Source: Vicugna vicugna (taxonomy: Eukaryota). Taken from it: 64,000 bases of DNA. A program made the position numbers and the translations under genes. Every line of letters begins with the position of its first letter. The stretch's first letter is position 1. Under the pieces are notes generated by a model, which was not told where the DNA came from, made no database searches, and saw only the letters and a program-made list of their open reading frames with translations. Location of the stretch: positions 2,170,001-2,234,000 of the forward strand of contig MU058000.1 of the NCBI GenBank assembly GCA_013265495.1, in the 5' to 3' direction. Shown here piece after piece: positions 53,501 through 64,000 of the stretch.

Positions 53501-56454
53501 ACATGAAGCTTGATTGCATAAAAGGACAGTGCACAGACTTAAAAGGGATTCTCTTGCTCTATGAAACATCCTGTATGACTCCCACATCAAGTTTTTGAAG
53601 ACCAGGCATTCTTGCTCAGGGTGTACAATGTATCTGTGACCCTAGCTTCTAACCAGTAGAATTTTTATCTGTTCTCATGCTTTCTCTTCCTTCCCTTCTG
53701 TTCAACTTCTTTCCTTCACAGGTCTCTTTTTATTTTTATTTTTTTTCCCGCCTACATATGACTTACCTTTTGTCTCTGTTTCTGCAAACAATGAATGCCT
53801 TCATTGTATAAAGCTAGTTTCTAAAACATATAGTTTCTCTCATCACCCCCAGGAAAATTTGCCTATACTTACTTATTTAAGAGTTTTTTTTTTTTTTTTG
53901 CATTTTAGTGGCCAGAAACCTCCAAAATAATTTTCTTTACCTCTCTATAATTTAAAAAATATAGAATTTTTATTTTGTGATAATTTTCAACCCTCCTGGG
54001 TGACAGTGAGTGATAGTCTTTGCTATCAGCAGTCTGATGTACGTTGTATGGACAAGGAGATTATCTTTCTTGGAGTCTCTCCAATTATTCTTCTCCCCTC
54101 AATTTGTTTCCCACTTTAAGCTGGACTCTCTCTGACTGCGGTGTTACTGCCCAAAGGCATTTGGTATCCTTACAGTCGGGCCAGGGTAATAGCAGAACTG
54201 TACATTAAAGAGCCTTTTTACTCAGATCTCCATTTTTGAAATTCCTACTCACCTTAAGAACCCTATTTGGTATTCACTTGTCTATCTTTTTAGTAAACAA
54301 GTCAATTCTAAACAATCATGCAAAGGAATTTGGATTAATTTTTTACTCTTTTCACTACTTTTCCATAAATTTTTATAATTTATAAGGTAATTACTATGTC
54401 AAAATGCCAATAATTAACAACAACAAATTTGCTATTGTTCATGTAAAGAATTTCTTATTTGGTATATATTTCAGTGTCTATCAAATAGGATCACGTATGG
54501 GACTGCTGGACTAAAATTGACTTCCAGGAGTAAAAGAGATGTTAACCATATTGGTTTTGTGATTGAAGACGGAGATCTAGAACATCCTGTGGTAATTAGA
54601 TGTTAGATATTAGAATAAGATATAATTCAAACGTATATGGAAAAATTTGTTCACTTCCACATAATCGTGTTTCATTTTTGAAGAATTGGTTTCGTTGGGG
54701 GAGTGTATGCAGTTTGTACAAAACAAGCTTCTGTTCAGGAGTGATGTGCTGTGTTGAATTTTGCTGACTCAGTAAGCATTGCTTTTTCTACTCAGGTACA
54801 GTAAATCACTTAAACCTATTTAGATGAGCATCATTGTCTGGTGCCAACGTTTGGAATAAAAAATACTCAAGGCATTATTTTTCTACTCACTTTCTCTCTT
54901 CTGTTCCTAAATTCAGTTCTCTTCATTCTTCTGATTTGCCAAAATGCGCTGTATTCCACCTACCCTCTTTTCCACATTTGAAGTTTCTTCGTACACACAT
55001 AATATTTAGATTACATAGATTTTCCTTTTGTGATATATTTGTCTGCACCCAAGAAACAATGTCTTAGCATTGCTAGACCAGATCCCATGGGACAGTGGTT
55101 GTGTTACTATGTTCACTGCCACGTCCCTAGACCCAGAATAGTTCTTGGCAGAAAACACGATTGTAATATGTGTTTTTGACAGACACATGCAGTTTTGTCA
55201 ATTTTAAGTCACTTGAAAGTCTTTCCTACACATCCCCCTAAACGTCTAGCTGCAGTCTTAAAGCAAATGCAGACCACTCTTGATTCGCATTGGTTTCATG
55301 TAGCTCCTCCCATTGTAAATCTCACTTCTGAGCTGCTCAGCGTTTGTGACAATACCCAAAAAGTGAGGTGTATGATGGATGCGGTGGTTTTCTTAATACT
55401 GTTACCTGAATCTTTCCACTTTCCAAATTCTAGAATCATGGTAGGATTATACTCCTATCTTGTCCCTTTGTGACTTCATGAGACCTTGTTCAGGCTTTAA
55501 ATAGGTTAATTTGAATCTTCTATGCACTCTGCAAAAATGCCAGTTCTTATGACCGTTATAAATGCTGGCCCCAATCTTACATTTCCTTTGCTCGTTTACA
55601 GCTACCTGTTTATATACACTTTTCAGGAAACAAATGCATATTTGTTAAAACTCAGACATCTTTAAAACTGTTTTGAATTTTCCCCACCCTGAAACATGTT
55701 TCTCCCTCATTGGGTGACAGTCTCTGTTGTTGGAATGAGAGCTGTATCTCTGCTTTGGAGATGAGGCACAATCTCGTCTGGCTAACTGCGAATCCATCAC
55801 CCAATACTCATAGGAACCCGTGTAAACAAAGAGTATAAATTTCAACATGTCCCTGCAAACAAACACTTGTACCACCTTCTGATTTTAGAAGATGAACAAG
55901 GGAGTTTTTCTTAGATGAGATAGCAAAATCATTTTATTTTGTTCTATAGAATTAATTTAGAGTTCTGATCAACATGATTCTTCTTCAAGCAACCTTTACA
56001 TTATTTTAAATATATACACATCGGACCTTAAATTCCTCAGTGCCGAGCACATGCTGTCTGACAGCCACTGAATCTGGCTTCAGAGACCTTCTGAATTTTA
56101 TGACCATTTTTTGTCAGAGTAATATATTTTTTTTAAATCACAGGGGAGTTCTGACAGGTCCATTTGAAGACTCTTCATGTTTTTTCAATCAGCAAATTAG
56201 ACAATGGAATATAGGCATTGTCCTACTTTTCACCAAGAAAGTATATGGACCAGATTTGTAAAATGCATCTGTAATGGGAAGAAGATGGGAAGAGGGAGAG
56301 AAAGACTTTAAGTCACAGCAACCAACTCCATTGGTCAATATTCCCTTAAAATGCTTCATGTGCTTTTATTTCTTGTCTCTTAAACTGTGATTACAAATTC
56401 TTGAAACAGAAAATATGTCTTCTGATGCCTGTGCCCCCTCATTTTATGGAATAG

Positions 56455-56646
56455 TAGGGTTCAGATAAAATACAGGACTCTCGGTTCAATTTAAATTTCA
56501 GAAAGATAATGAATATGTTTTTTAGTATAAGTATGTTACATGAAATATTTGGGACATACTTATGCTAACAAGTACTCCAGTGTTTATTTAAAATTCAAAT
56601 TTAATTGGATTCTCTATATCTGTACCTGCTAAATCCAGCAACCTTA
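56455..56646. mobile_element. MER53-like palindromic hAT MITE
   Basis: tagggtt...aacctta ends. Internal inverted pairs tagtataagtatgt / acatacttatgcta and aatttaaatttca / aaattcaaattt. Confidence 0.85.
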
Positions 56647-58679
56647 TATAGCAGATGACAGACTCAAAACCTAACTCTTCTACCATTAACAGAAGATCTG
56701 GAGCTGGAAGTAGACACAGAGTTTTCTAATTCCCTGTGCAGAGATCTTTTCTCCACATTAGGCCTGTCTGTCATGACAGACACACAGGATCATGGCATCA
56801 GCCCTGGAGGAAAGCTGCCTGGCTGAGCTCCTGGCTGCGTTACTTACTAGCTGCTGGATTTGAGACGACTTACTCATCCTTTCTGTTCTTTGGCTTTCTC
56901 ATCAATGTCATGGGAACTAAAATAACATCATTAGGATATGCAAGACAAAGTGCTGAAGCTGGCAATGATGATTATTTCACAGAAATAGAAATTATAAGCA
57001 GTACTTATTTTCTTCTTTGTGTTCCAAGTCACTTCTGGGTCTGATGAAATCTAAAAAGCCCTCCAAATAAAATTATATACTCACAAATTGTTTTCTTAAC
57101 CGTTTCAGGAAACTCTCTGAAGCCCAAGTTCCATGATGATGGAATGAATCTAGTATCAGTTTTACATACATTTTGGAACACTTTCTATTCGAAAGATACT
57201 TTGCTAAAGGAGATAGTCGTAAATGCTCTTTTACCGAAGTGGAGCTATCATTTCTTAACCTTGAGATCCCCAGTAATTCTTTCGCATAAAGGCTGAGGTG
57301 GTAAACTTGAGCTGAGTTGATGGCATGTTGCTGACTGGTGTGTTCTCTAGGGGGCTTCAAATTCACTTACAGCATTTTGTTAGTTGGGCACATGTTTAAT
57401 TTTCTTGGCACTGTATTCAGTGATCTGTAGCCTTGAACTTAAATAGCGAATTTTTCAGAGACACTTCATCATGTGCTTTATACAGCAAGAGACAAACGAC
57501 AAGAGAGAAACTCTTCAGAAAGTGTTCTTAGAGTTTAATTACATAACCCAGGATGACTTTTTATTATGTATTATCCAAGTACACTTTGTCTTATCAAATA
57601 CTAGTATTTTATATTCTAAACTAGAAACAATCTATTTTATTTTATCATTCTTTTCATCCTACCACTACCACTGGGGGTAAAAAGAAATGAAGGATATCTG
57701 AGCAAATATAAATTGCACATTTATTTGCAACCAATGCTACATACTTGAATGCCACACTGAAGTGCACAAATTAAAATATAAGTCTTTGTCCTTAAGATGG
57801 TCAGAGTCATTAACTAAAGGCCAGATCCATTCTATAAAGACTGTCAAGTCTAACAATATTCTAGATGATAGAGAGCCTACCAGCTGGATATCTTGTGTAA
57901 GAGGAACTTCCCTCCAGTTAGCAATAAAACAGCAAAGGAGCTCCATCTATGCTCAGGGTTTACTTAAATCATGTGAGAGGGCTCTCGTCCTCAGATACTA
58001 TTATCAGATAACATTATCGAACACAGCAAGGTTAAGTAATTTGTCCAAGGTCACAAGCTGGTAAGTTGCTGAGCAGAACTGACACATAGTCCAACAAACT
58101 CTGCGGCACGGTGCTTGGTGTTGTTCCTGATGCTGCTAAAACTTGGCGTTTACTCAACACACATGCAAATGGAGCCAGGAGTTTTACCATCTGCTTTTTA
58201 TTAGTCAGCTTTATTGAGGTATAATTGATAAAGCTATAATATGTTTAAGATGTACAATGTGATGGTTTGATAAATGTATACGCTGGGAAAGGATTCCCAC
58301 CATCAAGTGAACACATTTATCACATCACATATTCACCCTCTTTTTTTTTTTCGGTGAGAAGACTTAAGTTCTACTCTCATAGTAAGTTTCAAGTGTACCA
58401 TACAGTGTCATCAACTATACTCACCATATTATACTTTAGATCCTCATAACTTACTCAGCTTATAAATGAAATGTTGTACCCTTTTACCAGCTTCTCTCTA
58501 TCCCCCCAACCCCTGCCCCAGCAGCACATGGGAGGCAACACTCTACTTTCTGTTTCTATGAGTTCCACTTTTTAAAAATGACATATACCATTGATATCAT
58601 GTAGTATGTGTCTTTTTCTGTTTGGCTCATTTTACTTAGGATAATGCCTTCCAGTTTCATCCATGTTGTCCCAAATGGC

Positions 58680-58680
58680 A

Positions 58681-58711
<31 letters not shown>

Positions 58712-58724
58712 ATATATATATATA
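58680..58724 (+). repeat. (TG)n(TA)n microsatellite
   Basis: Directly visible within the L1 3' UTR. Confidence 0.9.
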
Positions 58725-59406
58725 CACATACATAAACACACATAATATCACACTTCTTTAGTTCATTCATCCATCAATGGATGCTTAATGTTGTTTGCAC
58801 ACTTTGGCTATTGTGCATAAAGCTGCAATAAACATGGGACTACAGCTTCCTCTTCAAGATACTGATTTCATTTCCTTTGGATACATCAAGTCTAACAATA
58901 TTCTAGATGAGGGAGGGCGTACCAGAAGTGGGTTTTCAAGATCACTGGTAGTTCTATTTTTATCTTCTCGAAAACTTCATACTGTTTCCCATGACTGGAC
59001 CAGTTTAAAGCCCCGTCAGCAAAGTGCGTGTGCTCCCTTTTCTCCGCATTCCTGGCCAGCACTTGCTGTCTCTCGTCTTTTTGATAGTAGCATCCTAACT
59101 GGTGTGAGGTATCTCACTGTGGCTTTGATCTACATTTCTGTGATAATTAGTGATACTGAGCACCTTTTCATGTATCTGTTGACCATTTGTGTGTCTTCTT
59201 TGGAAAATTGTCTCGAGGTGTTTTGCCCATTCTTAATTGGCTTATTTGTTATTTTTATATTAAATTGTATGATTTCCTTTTATATTTTGGTTAGTAACCC
59301 CTCATTAGATATTGTGGTTTGCAAATATTCTCTCCCATTTCATAGACTGCCTTTTCATTTTAATGATGGTTTCTTTTGCTGCATCTAAACACTTTAATTT
59401 GAAGTA

Positions 59407-59630
59407 CAGCTGACCCTTGAATAATGCAGAGGTTAGGGGCACAACCCTACGTGCAGTCAAAAATCCACATATAACTTATGACTGGCCGGCTCCACCTGTA
59501 GTTCCTCTATATCCTCCATTCAGCATCTTCAGATTCAACCAACCACGGATCATGCAGTATTTACTACTGAAAAAAATCCACATAAGTGAACTCAGGGTGT
59601 TCAAACCCATTGTTGTTCAAGAGTCAAAGG
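59407..59630. mobile_element. Tigger-family MITE (MER8/Tigger2a-like) inserted in L1
   Basis: TA TSD (59405-59406, 59631-59632) and TIRs cagctgacccttgaataa / ttgttcaagagtcaaagg. Removing it restores the L1 sequence tttgaag-ta-gtccca. Confidence 0.85.
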
Positions 59631-59860
59631 TAGTCCCAGTTATTTGTTGTTGTTTTTGTTGCCTTTTCTTTTAATGTCAAATTCAAAAAATCATTGCCAA
59701 GACCAAAGTCAAAAAGCTGTCCCCCTGCCCCCAGGAGTTTCACAGTTTCAAAACCTACATTCAAGTTTTTAACCTACTGAGTTAATTTTTGTGTACGTAT
59801 GGTGTAAGATCCAGTTTCCTTCTTTTGTATGTAGCTATCCAGTTTCCCCAGAACCATTTA

Positions 59861-60012
59861 TCTATATATAATATTGTACTATATGCTGTATTATATATTA
59901 TACTATTATTATTATACTATTACTTTTATATTATAATTATACTATTATTATTATAATATATTCTTATATATTATATTATATATTGTTCCATAATGTATAT
60001 TATATATATTAT
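59861..60012. repeat. AT-only low-complexity expansion inside L1
   Basis: (TAT/TA)n-rich tract. Confidence 0.85.
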
Positions 60013-61455
60013 AGTATCCTTTCCCCAGGTATATTATTGACACCTTTGTCAACAATTAGTTGGCCACGTATGCATTGTTTATTTCTATGCTCTCCATTCT
60101 GTCCCATGAATCATTTCTTTTAAAAATACCAGTACTGTACTATTTTTGTTATTATAGCTTTGTAATATATTTTGAAATCTAGAAGTGTGGTGTCCCCAGC
60201 TTTGTTATTCTTTCTCAATATTGCTTTGGCTATTTAGGGTCTTTCGTGGTCGCATATGAAAGTTAGGATTGTATTTTGTCTTTCTGTGGAAAATGTTATT
60301 GGACTTTTTAAAGGGGCTGCATGGAATCTGTAGATCGCTTTGGGTAGTGTAAACATATTAACAATATTAATTCTTCCAATCCAGGAACATGAAATACCTT
60401 TCCATTTATTTGTGTCATCTTCAATTTCTTTCATCAATTTCTTGTAGCTTTCAATGTAGTTTTCAAGTCTCCCATCTCCTTGGTTAAACTTACTTCTAAG
60501 TATTTTATTTTTCATGCTGTTGTGAATGGAATTGTTCTCTTAATTTCTCTTTCCAATGGTTTGTTAATAGTGTATAAAAAAACTAATTTCTTTATTAATT
60601 TTGTATCCTGCAACTTTACTGTATTCATTAATTAGTTCTAAGTTTTTTGGTGGAGACTTTTGGGTTTTCTGTAAATAATATGGCATCTGCAAACAGAGAC
60701 AATTTTACTTCTTCTTTTCCAGTATGGATGCTTTTTATTTCTTTTCCTTGCTTAATTGCTCTGATAGGACTTCCAGTATTATGTTGAAGAAAAGTGACAA
60801 GAGAGGGCCTCCTTGGGTGGTTCCTGATCCTAGAAGAAAAGATTATAGCTTTTCACCATTAAGTATGATACTTGCTGTGGGCTTGTCGTATATGACTTTT
60901 ATTATGTTGAAGTATGTTCCTTCCATATCCACTGTGTTAATAGTTTTTGTCATGAAAGGATGTTGAGTTTTGTTGAATGCTTTTTCTGTATCTATTGAGA
61001 AGATAGTAATTTTTGTTCTTTAATGTTTTCATATGGGGTATCACACTGATTGATTTGTGAATGTTGAACCATCTTTGCATCCCTGTGATAAATCTCACTT
61101 GATCATGGTGTATGATTCTTTTAATGTTCTGTTGAATGTGCTTTCAACCCCTCGCAAGGGGTTCACAGGAGGGTTCCCTCTCACAAGCTCCTGGATGCCT
61201 GCCAAGCCTTTGTGATTGTCCAAACTGCTGTCTTTGTTCTTAGCAGCATGCAGTAGTTAAGCATGTGTCAAGACCCACCAGTGTCCCAAAGAGAAGTACC
61301 TAGAGGCAGGTTGATTAGAGGCAAGACTCTCAGGCAGCAGCTGAGGAAGTATGTAGAAACTGGGAGACAGGCATTTTTACCTGCTCCCTGGGCAACAAGC
61401 CTTGGTGTATAGCCATGGAGGTGCTTCTGCACCTGTTTAAAAACTACTTCTTTCA

Positions 61456-62229
61456 TTTAAAAGCCCACCAATGATAAATGCTGGAAAGAGTGTGGAGAAA
61501 AGGGGACCCTCCTACGCTGTTGGTAGGAATGTAGTTTGGTGCAGCCATTGTGGGAAACAGCATGGAGATTCCTCAAAAAGCTAAAAATAGACTTATCATA
61601 TGATCCAGCAATCCCACTCCTGGGTGTATATCCAGAGGAAACTTTAATTTGAAAAGATACGTGCACCCCAATGTTCACAGCAGCACTATTTACAATAGCT
61701 AAGACATGGAAACAACCTAAATGTCCATTGACAGGTGACTGGATAAAGAAGCTGTAGTATATTTAAATTATACAGTGCTACTCAGCCATAAAAAAGAATA
61801 AAATAATGCCATTTGCAGCCACATGGATGAAACTGGAGAATGGCATTCTAAGTGAAGTAAGCCAGAAAGAAAAAGAAAAATACCATATGATATCACTTAT
61901 ATGTATAATAAAAAAAAAGACAAATGAACTAATTCACAAAACAGAAACACACAGACATAGAAAATAAATTTATGGTTATCAGAGGGGAAAAGGGGAGGAA
62001 AGTGATAAATTGGGAGTTTGAGATTTGCAGATACTAACTACTATATATAAAATAGATAAACAACAAATTTCTACTGTATAGCACAAGGAACTATATTCAA
62101 TATCTTGCAGTAACCTATAATGAAAAAGAATATAAAAATGACTATCTTATGTATATATATGATTGCACTATTATGCTGTACACCAGAAATTGACACATTA
62201 TAAACTGACTATACTTCAATTAAAAAAAC
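61456..62229 (+). mobile_element. 5'-truncated L1 (artiodactyl-type 3' UTR) inserted antisense into the older L1 5' UTR
   Basis: ORF2 C-terminal and 3' UTR motifs plus an A tail. TSD aaactacttctttca / aaacttcttccttca (61441-61455, 62230-62244). Confidence 0.9.
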
Positions 62230-63205
62230 AAACTTCTTCCTTCACTATATTCCTGTGGGACTCTGAATGTAAGCCCCACTTACTATCAGAGCTAAGTGAA
62301 GTGATTTGGGGCCAGTCCCTCAGATGGCAGCTGTGAAATTAGGAAACTAGATTAGATCAACAAGCTCCTTCCAGGGAGATCCTGGAAACTTGATTTTATC
62401 CTTGAAGTGAACCAGAGGGAGAAGATGGGTGAAGCACCCCCTGGTATCCCAGGGCTCCAGGGAGGAAAACAGTCAGCATCTCCGTGCATGTTAATTAGGA
62501 GCTGGACCCTCAGGCTGCAGCTCAAAATGCACGCAGTTAAGCTCCTTCGGAGGAATGACTAACAAATGGGTTTTTCTGCCTCCTCTGCTCTGAACCCTGA
62601 GGGCATAGCCACAGCAAGTAGGTTAAGAATTGCCTCTTTGTTCTCTATAGTCCTGTGGGACTCAAGAATGTAAGCCCCAGTGGCTTTCAGCCCTAGGTGT
62701 TTTGGGGACCCATCCTTGGGATGGGAGCCTTGAAATTTGCAGTGGTGGGTGTGCTGTACAAATCCTTTACTCCTTGGTGAGAAGCTGGGAATTGGGGGTC
62801 CCCTCCTGGTTGTGTAATGCTGTGTCGAGGATGGAGTTTATGGCAAGAGTGTGCGTCAGTCTGTTACACATTTTGATGTGGGCATGTGCTCTGCCACCTG
62901 CTACATTGTAGTTACTCGGCTAGCTTCTGGGTCTTTCTCAGAAGGAATTGTTCCATGTGTAGTGTATGGTGCATCCACAGGAGGGGAAAATTCAAGAGCC
63001 TGGTATATTACATCTTGATAAACAAAAAACAAAATCCCAAACTTTGCCATCTGCTCTCAAACGAGGCTTTAATTTATCTTCACAATATGATGTAGTGAAT
63101 ACCCTTGTCATGTCCATTTCAAGAATGAAAAGTCTGAGATTTAGAAACCCTCAAGTAGCTTGTTCAGACAAAGGTTAGCAAGGGATGAATCTAGCATTTG
63201 TGATG

Positions 63206-63557
63206 CCATGTTCTACCAATTCTAAGGTGCCCTTTTTTTTTTCCATTTTGCATCTCTGAAATCAGGATTCATTTCATGATCACTTTTAGTCAGACAGCAA
63301 AGGGATCACTTGTCATTGCCTGTCAGTGATTTAAACCTGGTCATAGCCATTCTCAATGTCATCCCTTCAACTGAGTTATGTACCTTGTTAAAACTACAGA
63401 TGTTGAGGGTAATTGCCATCTAAAATGTCTTCAGACATTGCATTATTCTACAGTTCAGCACTAAAACTAAAAGTTACAGTTTAGGCATTTTTTTTTCCTT
63501 TCAGTGTGGTACATAAAATAATGATGTATTTTACAGTTTAGATTGAACAAAATCCGA
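63206..63557. mobile_element. TcMar-Tc2 DNA element (MER104/Kanga-like)
   Basis: ccatgttctaccaattctaaggtgc...cattttgcatctctgaaatcaggat start and ataatgatgtattttacagtttagattgaacaaaatccg end. Confidence 0.6.
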
Positions 63558-64000
63558 TAGGTAGGTTTATATTAAAATCTCCAAAATCGGCATAATAATA
63601 TTGTTCTGGGTTTTTTTTTTTTCCGAAATGCTGATATGTGCTACTGCGTAAATGCCACAGAAGTGTACCTGCAATTATATTATTAAAAGAAAGATACATA
63701 CTTAAAAACAAAACAAAAGTGCTACATAAATAATTTGGTGTTGTTAAGCATGCAGACCCTTAATAAATGAATACAATATTTTCTCATTCAAGATAGTCAA
63801 GGAGAAACTGGATCAGCCAGTAAGTGGATTTTGGGAATATGCAAAGTCCATGCCTTCATGTATTTCAACTCTTTCTTTGTGTGAGCATAAAAAATTTCAG
63901 AAAAAGAAAAAAAAGATGTGTACTGAGAAGTGTGTTCCTTCTTCTAATAGACCAAGTTACTCAGACTTATGTCCAGCTTTTTAAGGAGCATAACTTGACC

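Larger units (their letters stand above)
58196..63042 (-). mobile_element. L1 with 5' UTR fused to the 3' part of ORF2 (internally deleted), carrying nested insertions
   Basis: 3' end cagctttattgaggtataattga at ~58206. ORF2 remnants (60234..60515 [16 protein letters not shown]) run to ~61140, followed by GC-richer 5' UTR-like sequence ending in catcttg at ~63011. TSD tttaccatctgct / tttgccatctgct (58183-58195, 63043-63055). Confidence 0.8.

Noticed and set aside
58795..59388. 197-aa ORF on +
   Set aside because: Antisense reading of degenerate L1 ORF2; no independent support.

Overview
This is mammalian, AT-rich, repeat-dominated non-coding DNA (intergenic or deep intronic). It is most likely camelid: it carries three copies of a short tRNA-derived SINE resembling camelid Vic-1 and artiodactyl-type L1 3' ends, and I saw no Alu, Bov or PRE SINEs. 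I found no intact protein-coding gene, no CRISPR array and no prokaryotic system. The best-supported features are: a processed RPL18A pseudogene (minus strand, perfect 15-bp target-site duplication, TSD); a 7SL RNA retrocopy with a ~105-nt 3' extension, split by a solo LTR that itself contains a tiny L1 tail; several young TSD-bounded L1 insertions; an internally deleted L1 that keeps its 5' UTR; a 5'-inverted L1; and many solo LTRs, DNA-transposon MITEs, MIR/L2 relics and microsatellites. Several unique, homeodomain-motif-rich stretches look like conserved enhancers, but conservation cannot be shown from this sequence alone. Repeat family names come from my recall of consensus sequences and need RepeatMasker/Dfam confirmation. 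I found no evidence of a new biological system; the interesting signals concern retrotransposition and DNA-repair history.
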